A DNA stretch of 64,000 bases, from the NCBI GenBank assembly GCA_965261085.1, contig OZ253442.1, positions 2,080,001 to 2,144,000 on the forward strand, read 5' to 3'. A program made the translations under genes and the position numbers. The stretch's first letter is position 1. Each line of letters opens with the position of its first letter. Source of the stretch: a bacterium (GTDB taxonomy: Bacteria > UBA8248). The notes below the pieces were generated by a model. The model worked only from the letters and a program-made list of their open reading frames with translations, was not told the origin of the DNA and searched no databases. Positions 1 through 5,966 of the stretch are shown here, piece by piece.

Positions 1-1
1 G

Positions 2-538
2 GGCGGGGCGGAGGGGCTCTCCCTGCCCATCCTCCGGCAAATCATACCGCTCTACTTCGCGATGGGGCTCACGGCGCTCTCGGTTTTCCTCGTGATGCGG
101 TGGCTCGAATCGAGCCGCTTCGGCCTGAGGCTCCTCTCGATTCGCGAGGACGAGACGGCGGCGGATACGCTGGGGACGAACACGACCCTCTACAAGCTGG
201 TCGCCTTCATCATGAGCGCGTTCTTCCCGGGCGTCGTGGGGGGGATTTACGCCCGCTACATCACGTATATCGACCCCGAGACGGTGTTCAACATCCTCTT
301 CAGCGTCCAGATGGTGCTCATGTGCATCCTGGGCGGGAGGGGGACGGCGTGGGGTCCCGTTATCGGGGCGACGGTGCTCTATCTCATTCTGGAATTCACC
401 TGGGCGAATTTCCCCCACTTCCACAAGCTGGCGTCGGGGACCCTGATCGTCCTGATCATTCTCTACGCGCCTCGTGGGATCATGGGCTTTATCTACGGGA
501 GGGGGCTCGCGCAGTTGCGGCCCTCATTCAAGAATTGA
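2..538 (+). CDS. Branched-chain amino acid ABC transporter permease (LivM-like), 5'-truncated by window edge
   Basis: Hydrophobic ORF with the motifs SIREDETAADTLG and ILGGRGTAWGPVIGA; frame stays open to the window start. Confidence 0.85.
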   Translation, partial: GGAEGLSLPILRQIIPLYFAMGLTALSVFLVMRWLESSRFGLRLLSIREDETAADTLGTNTTLYKLVAFIMSAFFPGVVGGIYARYITYIDPETVFNILFSVQMVLMCILGGRGTAWGPVIGATVLYLILEFTWANFPHFHKLASGTLIVLIILYAPRGIMGFIYGRGLAQLRPSFKN

Positions 539-607
539 CCCCCCACCGCATCAGCCTTCGCCCAAAACGCTCGGCTTCTGCGACTCCCCCTCAAGGGGGG
601 AGTAATT
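539..607. repeat. REP/MITE-like palindromic element, family A (core ACTCCCCCTCAAGGGGGGAGT)
   Basis: Core at 583-603; near-identical copy at 1907-1973. Confidence 0.75.
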
Positions 608-694
608 CTTCTCTCTCGTCGGTCGGCAATATTGCCCAAGGGGGGATTGATTCCAAAAAGGGGATGGGGCTCGTAAGGGCGCCGTAAGGTCGGC

Positions 695-1657
695 TTAATC
701 GACGTAAATACAGGTTCCCGCCTCTCCGCGCAGGGCCGGGAGGGCATCTTCCAGGGCGGCGATGCAGATGCGCTTGCCTCCCCCTTCGAGAAAGCGGATC
801 GCCGCCTCTATCTTGGGTCCCATGCTGCCGGGCGGGAAGTGGCCCTGGGCGTGATAATTCTTGATCTCGGATAGCGAAACTCTATCCAGTTCGCGCTGCT
901 GCGGCGTGCCGAAGTGGACGGCCACCCTGGGCACGGCCGTCAAGATCATCATGTCCTCTACGCCTAAGACGTTGGCCATGAGGGCGGAGGTCAAATCCTT
1001 GTCGATGACGGCGTCGAGCCCCCGACGCGCGCCGTCGGCCTCGCGCACGACGGGAATGCCCCCGCCGCCGCCCGCGATCACCACGGCGCCACTTTGCGCT
1101 ATGGCCTGGATGAGCGAGATGTCCACGATGTGTTTAGGCCTGGGGGAGGCGACCACGTGCCGCCAGCCGCGGCCCGAGTCCTCGCGCATCGTCCAGCCCA
1201 TCTCCTTCTCATACCGCCTGGCTTCTTCTTCCGTGTAGGTGTAGCCCACGAACTTCGTCGGCGCGTCGAAGGCCGGATCGTCGGGGTCGACCTCGACCTG
1301 GGTCAGGAGGCAAACCACGTGGCGCGGGTCGCCCGCGCGCCTGAGCGCGTTCTCGAACGCCTGCATGAGCAGGTAGGCGATTCCCCCCTGGCTGTGAGCG
1401 ACGCAGATGTCGAGCGTCATCGGCGTCACCTGCTCGCTCGAAATCGCCTGTCGCATGAGGATTTTGCCCACGACGGGGCCGTTTCCGTGCGTGATGATGA
1501 GTTCGTTCTTGAGTTGTAGGAGGGGCAGCAGCGCGCGGCCCGTCGCCGCAGCGATGGCGGCCTGCTCCTCGGCGGTGCCGCGTATCTCGGGCGGATGGGT
1601 CGCGTTGCCGCCCACGGCGACGAGGATGCGTTCGGGAAGTTCGGGCGGGGAGGCCAT
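695..1657 (-). CDS. arcC: Carbamate kinase
   Basis: Motifs VAVGGNA, ITHGNGP, GGGGIPV, AVIDKD, GSMGPKIEAA; start placed at ATG 1657 after a GGAGA RBS. Confidence 0.9.
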   Translation of the reverse strand: MASPPELPERILVAVGGNATHPPEIRGTAEEQAAIAAATGRALLPLLQLKNELIITHGNGPVVGKILMRQAISSEQVTPMTLDICVAHSQGGIAYLLMQAFENALRRAGDPRHVVCLLTQVEVDPDDPAFDAPTKFVGYTYTEEEARRYEKEMGWTMREDSGRGWRHVVASPRPKHIVDISLIQAIAQSGAVVIAGGGGGIPVVREADGARRGLDAVIDKDLTSALMANVLGVEDMMILTAVPRVAVHFGTPQQRELDRVSLSEIKNYHAQGHFPPGSMGPKIEAAIRFLEGGGKRICIAALEDALPALRGEAGTCIYVD

Positions 1658-1906
1658 CAGCGGTATCTCCCAATAAACCCCGGCCTTCGGAAGCGGCGGC
1701 ATACAAATGCGGGTACAAGTCCCGCGCCGTCCTAAAAGCCGGGAGGAACATCTTACAACAAGCGGGGCGTTGTGGGGTAGAGAAATTTTTTGGGGGCAAG
1801 CACGACTGATGAAGGAGCGATTGCCGATTGAGGAAGGTATCGGTTCGCAACTCCTCGCTCCTTGCTCCTCGCTCGAAAGAATTCCTCCTTCATCAGTCGG
1901 AATTCA

Positions 1907-1973
1907 CCCCCCACGCATCAGCCGTCGCACAAACCGCTCGGCTTCTGCTACTCCCCCTCAAGGGGGGAGTGAT
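1907..1973. repeat. REP/MITE-like element family A, copy 2
   Basis: CGCATCAGCC...CGCTCGGCTTCTGC.ACTCCCCCTCAAGGGGGGAGT as at 539-607. Confidence 0.75.
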
Positions 1974-2051
1974 TTTGGAATTTTCCTTGTTGGGATTTGA
2001 TCCGCTCGGTTGGAAACCCTCATTCTTTAATTGTCATTGACCCGCATTGGG

Positions 2052-2121
2052 AATCACTCCCCCCTTGAGGGGGAGTCAGTGAGGTAAGGGCGTAAGCCCG
2101 CAAGCGAACTGGTGGGGGGTG
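2052..2121. repeat. REP/MITE-like element family A, inverted copy
   Basis: ACTCCCCCCTTGAGGGGGAGT core at 2056-2076; the flank is the reverse complement of 58213-58250. Confidence 0.7.
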
Positions 2122-2266
2122 AATCGCGACCGAGAAGGGAGCGATTGCTCCTTTTCAAGTCAGGCAGCCCCTCCTTCATCAATCGGGTTTGGCCCACACC
2201 CCCCGTTCATCCATACTCAAGCGGCGGATGGCGACGCGTAAGTCGCGCGCGAGTCGAAATAAGGGC

Positions 2267-2296
2267 TTGACAAGAATGGAAAATTTACCGCATTAT
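2267..2296 (+). promoter_or_regulatory. Putative sigma70 promoter for the long lipoprotein leader
   Basis: TTGACA (2267-2272), 18-nt spacer, CATTAT (2291-2296). Confidence 0.55.
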
Positions 2297-2302
2297 CCTA
2301 AT

Positions 2303-3100
2303 GCCGAGTAATTACACGAGAGCAGCCGCCCAAGGGACGCTCGCTGAATGCAGGACGGGCCTCATTCCAGAGGGCCGGAACGGGCGGGAACCACCTTGCG
2401 AAGTATGCACTCGCGTATGGCTTGGCGAAGCCCGGAAGACGACGACCCGGAAGGTTCCGGGCTTCAGTAGCAAATATCACGAGGCTAGAGGACTCGACTC
2501 ATCATGAAGCATGCCGCAAATCCCTCTCCAGTCTCGTGAATCAGTCAATCAGACGGCCCGGAGTTTTTCGTTCGCGCAAGCGGAGGCGCTCCGGCGCAGG
2601 GAAAGACGGTAAGCCCGGCGGGAGCCGGAGAAGCAGTAAATCACGAGGCTAGGCCAGAGGACTCGACCCGCGATGAAGCACGCCACGAATCCCCCTACCA
2701 GTCTCGTGAATTCACAGGCCATCGGCCCGGAGGCCCGGTTTCGCGCAAGCGGCGGCCCGGCCCCGGGAAAGATTGAAACCCGGGCAACGCCCGGATAAGG
2801 AGAATCGAAATTTCGGCTCGGGCCGGAGCGGTTTCATATCACGAGGCTGGAGGACTCAAACCATGATGATTCCTGAAAAGACTCCCACGCTAGTCTCGTG
2901 GATAAGCCGGCAACCGGCCCGGACTCGGCTGTCCGGGCCGGGGGCCTCGCGCTCCGGCGCCTGCCTGAAACGAATAAAAGCCCGATAACGGATGAAAGTC
3001 GGAAAGACAAACAGAAAGGAGGTTGGTTAAATCCAGACACTTCGGTTTTGTAGTAGCCAAAGTTCTTTAATAATATCACGAGACTAGGAGGACTCAAAAA
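2303..3100 (+). ncRNA. Candidate long structured 5' leader or ncRNA with three tandem RBS-sequestering hairpin units
   Basis: Hairpins TCACGAGGCT...AGTCTCGTG(A) at 2477-2539, 2641-2709 and 2839-2901, each enclosing GAGGACTC plus an ATG; many GNRA/UUCG-capped stems between them; no credible long ORF. Confidence 0.65.
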
Positions 3101-4633
3101 GTGATGAAACTCACCAGTAATAAAATCTTTTCATTCATGCTGGCGGCGGTGTTTGCGCTGACGCTCGCCGGCTGCGGCGGCGGCGGCGGCGGTACGGCTG
3201 CGGTGGATCCGGATCCTCCGGTGGTGACGCCGGAGCCTACCCCGCAGGAGATGTGCGCGGCGGATGGCGGGCGGTTTGAAGACGACGGGTCGTGCACCTC
3301 GGCCGCCGATCTCGAGACAGAACGTATAGCGGCGGAGGAGGCGGCAGCGGACAAAGTAGCAGATGCTACGAAATCGGCCGGTACGAAAGAAGAGGCCATC
3401 GGCGACGAGGCCGAAAGCGACGGTGCTGGCGGTCTCGGCGGCGCTACCGCTACTGCTCTCGACATCGAACACAAAGACGGCGCTGTGTCGATCGCGGTCA
3501 GCAGAGGCACCGGCGATGATAAGGTGGATTTCATGTCGGCCATGGATCTGACCGGCGTGGATGGCAGCACAGGCAGCATGAACTTGCTCGGCCCCAATGA
3601 TGACGACGTGACGGAAATCGCTATCGTCTACACCGACATCGACACGCCCACGCCCACGAAGTTCGGGGATGAGGGCACGGATGTCACGCTGAACGCCAAC
3701 CCTAAAACCACTAACGGCGAAGACTTCCAATCTGTCACTATCATCAATGATGATTTGGCGAAGATAGCGACGGATGGCATTACCGCTACAGGTGCTGGTG
3801 AGATCACTGTCCTGGCGGCAGTCGAGGACAACGACCAAACGGCGGATGTGGATGAGACCGTTGCGGCGTTTGAAACCGATGCCACCTTCGACGGCGCGGA
3901 TGGCAAATTGAAGTGCGCCCGCGACACCAACTGCATGGTCACGCTCGACGCGGACGGCAAGATAACTGATTTCAGCGCCGGATGGGAGTTCACACCCGCC
4001 GATGGCGCTAAGATCGACGTGGAGGACACTGACTACCTCTGGTACGGCGCCTGGCTGATGAAGACGGCGCAAGATGATGGCTCGGATGAATACAACCAGG
4101 TCGAGACCTTCGCGGATTCGACGCTTGTTGAGGCGAACAACGTTGGTAATGTCGATGGCAGCGCGGAATATAAAGGCGGCGCGGCAGGCGTGTACGTGAG
4201 AAACGTGTACGTACCATCAACTACGGGTGAGCAGAAACTCGACTATGCCAACTCCGGCCACTTCACGGCGAACGTCAATTTGACGGCGACCTTCGGTCAG
4301 ATGAACGCAGAGGGTTGTACTGGTGCTAACTGCGGCACCATCGCTCCCAACTTGATCAACACCGTAAGCGGAACCATCGACAACTTCAGCTTGTCCGGCG
4401 GCGAGGATGCGAGCGGCTGGGGCGTGGATGTGGCAGCCGGTATCAACGGCGCTGATCTTGAGAACGGAACGGCCAAGGGCGGTGGAGGTGATGATGGGTC
4501 GATTTCCGGAAACTTCCGCGGTACCGATACCGATGATGACGGTGCCATCGCGCCGAAAGCTCTGGTCGGCGAGTTCAACGCCGAGTTCACGAACGGCTCC
4601 GTGGCCGGTGGTTACGGTGCGAGAAGGCAGTAG
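3101..4633 (+). CDS. Surface lipoprotein 1 with C-terminal TbpB/transferrin-binding-like beta-barrel (possible Slam substrate)
   Basis: AGGAGG RBS at 3086-3091; signal peptide with lipobox LAGC then poly-Gly; C-terminus GSAEYKGGAAGVY...GEFNAEFTNGSVAGGYGARRQ. Confidence 0.8.
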   Translation: MMKLTSNKIFSFMLAAVFALTLAGCGGGGGGTAAVDPDPPVVTPEPTPQEMCAADGGRFEDDGSCTSAADLETERIAAEEAAADKVADATKSAGTKEEAIGDEAESDGAGGLGGATATALDIEHKDGAVSIAVSRGTGDDKVDFMSAMDLTGVDGSTGSMNLLGPNDDDVTEIAIVYTDIDTPTPTKFGDEGTDVTLNANPKTTNGEDFQSVTIINDDLAKIATDGITATGAGEITVLAAVEDNDQTADVDETVAAFETDATFDGADGKLKCARDTNCMVTLDADGKITDFSAGWEFTPADGAKIDVEDTDYLWYGAWLMKTAQDDGSDEYNQVETFADSTLVEANNVGNVDGSAEYKGGAAGVYVRNVYVPSTTGEQKLDYANSGHFTANVNLTATFGQMNAEGCTGANCGTIAPNLINTVSGTIDNFSLSGGEDASGWGVDVAAGINGADLENGTAKGGGGDDGSISGNFRGTDTDDDGAIAPKALVGEFNAEFTNGSVAGGYGARRQ

Positions 4634-4646
4634 AAACAGAACAGAG

Positions 4647-4722
4647 CAAGACGCCTGTGGTCTCGGGGCTTGACGATGAGCCCCGGGGCCGGGGCGAACC
4701 TAACAAGAAAGAAAAGGGGATT
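4647..4722 (+). other. Conserved 3' hairpin downstream of lipoprotein 1
   Basis: GGTCTCGGGGCT/AGCCCCGGGGCC stem followed by AAGAAAGAAAAGGGGATT; homologous to 8138-8211. Confidence 0.6.
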
Positions 4723-4747
4723 GCAAAGCAAGGCGAGTGACGCATTT

Positions 4748-4854
4748 TGGGGGTTACTCATTGGTTGCTCTCTATCGTCGGGAGCAAATTTACCGACCCA
4801 TGCTACAGAGTTTGAGTCCTCTCGGTGTGGGGAGGGAATAATGAGTAACCCCCA
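4748..4854 (+). ncRNA. Candidate 3'-derived small RNA carrying an anti-RBS loop
   Basis: Perfect 15-bp stem 4748-4762/4840-4854 enclosing two inner hairpins; TTTGAGTCCTCTCGGT (4811-4826) is complementary to the lipoprotein RBS regions. Confidence 0.55.
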
Positions 4855-4913
4855 CCTCTTCGCTATACCCGGTTTCCCCAAGTTTGGCAAGCTCAGGTTG
4901 GATTGATTCACAG

Positions 4914-4948
4914 AGGCGGTCCCGAGAGAAGGGGCCGCCTTTTGTTTT
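4914..4948 (+). terminator. Intrinsic terminator
   Basis: AGGCGGTCCC-loop-GGGGCCGCCT followed by TTTGTTTT. Confidence 0.75.
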
Positions 4949-5004
4949 GGTGTGGGGAAGAATGCAAACGCTCCCGCATTGGTCTCGGCAAACGCTCCTT
5001 TCTC

Positions 5005-5196
5005 GGGGTTGTTGAAAAAGACCCCTTTTTAGAGACTAGAGGGGACACCCCTTTCGACTGGTAAAAGCAACCCCCCTGTCCCCCCTTGTCAGGGGGGCTT
5101 TTCTTCCACCCCCTCGTCGGGGGGCATCGCCTTTACCCCCCTGACAAGGGGGGACAGGGGGGTTGCTCCCTTGACAAAGGCTTTTTCAACAACCCC
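5005..5196. mobile_element. MITE with IS1182-type ends enclosing a 32-bp perfect inverted repeat
   Basis: 16-bp TIR GGGGTTGTTGAAAAAG/CTTTTTCAACAACCCC matching the ends of the IS at 8275-9796; internal IR 5066-5097/5136-5167. Confidence 0.75.
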
Positions 5197-5364
5197 TCTT
5201 CGGTCAGAATTGACCCTCAAGGGGGGAGTGAATTTCCTCTCTCATCAATCGGCAAACGCTCTCGCATTGGTCGCGTCAAACACTCATTCATCAATCGTGT
5301 TTGACCTTCATCGGTCGGAAGAATTCCACCCTGATCGGTCGCGTTTGCTCCTCATCGGTCGGAA

Positions 5365-5394
5365 TTGACGAAGCGCGCGATCTGTTCATATAGT
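5365..5394 (+). promoter_or_regulatory. Putative sigma70 promoter of the small membrane protein gene (duplicated at 9966-9995)
   Basis: TTGACG-N18-TATAGT. Confidence 0.55.
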
Positions 5395-5441
5395 AATGGA
5401 TGTCCCGAAGCGCCGGAGGACCCGTCGCCAAGGAGAAACGC

Positions 5442-5687
5442 ATGACGACGTATGAATACCTGAACCTCACCGCCTCCTACGGCGGCCTTGCGCTGATCTG
5501 CTACGGCATCCGCGTCATGGCGAAGGGCGCCGAAATGCGCGCGACCGACTCCGAGCGCAAGCACGAGCAGGTGATGACCGCATCCGAGCGCAGGCACGAG
5601 GAGTCGATGACGTCCCTGCGCGAACTCATCGACGGGCAGGCGGAAAGCCGCATGGCCCTGCGCAAACTCATCGAGCGAACCGGATAG
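5442..5687 (+). CDS. Small protein (81 aa), N-terminal hydrophobic helix plus coiled coil, unknown function
   Basis: AAGGAG RBS before ATG 5442; hydrophobic LTASYGGLALICYGIRVM; internal repeat SERKHEQVMT/SERRHEESMT; duplicated. Confidence 0.65.
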   Translation: MTTYEYLNLTASYGGLALICYGIRVMAKGAEMRATDSERKHEQVMTASERRHEESMTSLRELIDGQAESRMALRKLIERTG

Positions 5688-5699
5688 CGAACCACAAGG

Positions 5700-5808
5700 T
5701 CGTCATTCCGGCGCATGCCGGTGGCGACCGTGAGGTTGACCAGAACCAAAGTGGAACGTCCGGCGTCGGGCGTTTCTGCACCCCGGATAAAACGCTCCGG
5801 GATGACGA
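5700..5808. repeat. GTCATTCCGG-type palindromic REP-like element (second copy ~10301-10410)
   Basis: TCGTCATTCCGG ... CCGGGATGACGA terminal inverted repeat. Confidence 0.6.
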
Positions 5809-5870
5809 GCCAAACCTTTATCCGCCGCAGCAAACTCTCTCGCGTTTGACGCGTTTGATCTCACTCGGTT

Positions 5871-5900
5871 CCCTGCCGGAACCGGCAGGGGGCTTTTTTT
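5871..5900 (+). terminator. Intrinsic terminator upstream of lipoprotein 2
   Basis: CCCTGCCG-GAAC-CGGCAGGG then GGC and T7. Confidence 0.6.
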
Positions 5901-5966
5901 GCTCGAACGCGAGTGAGGAGAGGGGGTCAATATGTTATTATAACGAGACCAGAGGGGACTCAAAAA

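Larger units (their letters stand above)
5365..5832 (+). repeat. ~470-bp near-identical direct repeat, copy 1 (copy 2 at 9966-10434)
   Basis: Contains promoter, small ORF and palindromic element; offset about 4601 bp; only a few substitutions. Confidence 0.9.

Noticed and set aside
2298-2988. Short ORFs (60-76 aa) listed in the leader
   Set aside because: No recognisable protein features; frames are not conserved between repeat units
2300-3060. Known riboswitch or ribozyme (cobalamin, TPP, glycine, c-di-GMP, hammerhead)
   Set aside because: Diagnostic consensus motifs were not found by eye; for example CGGATGA...CAAAC near 2990 lacks the CUGAUGA/GAAA core. An Rfam scan is still needed
2477-3100. 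CRISPR array interpretation of the repeats
   Set aside because: Units are 164-237 nt and irregular, the spacers are mutually similar and structured, and there are no cas genes in the window
3174-3193. GGC repeat tract as a phase-variation switch
   Set aside because: An in-frame trinucleotide repeat encoding the poly-Gly linker; slippage would not shift the frame
4748-4854. Retron msr/msd or DGR element
   Set aside because: The long closing stem is retron-like, but there is no reverse transcriptase and no TR/VR pair in the window
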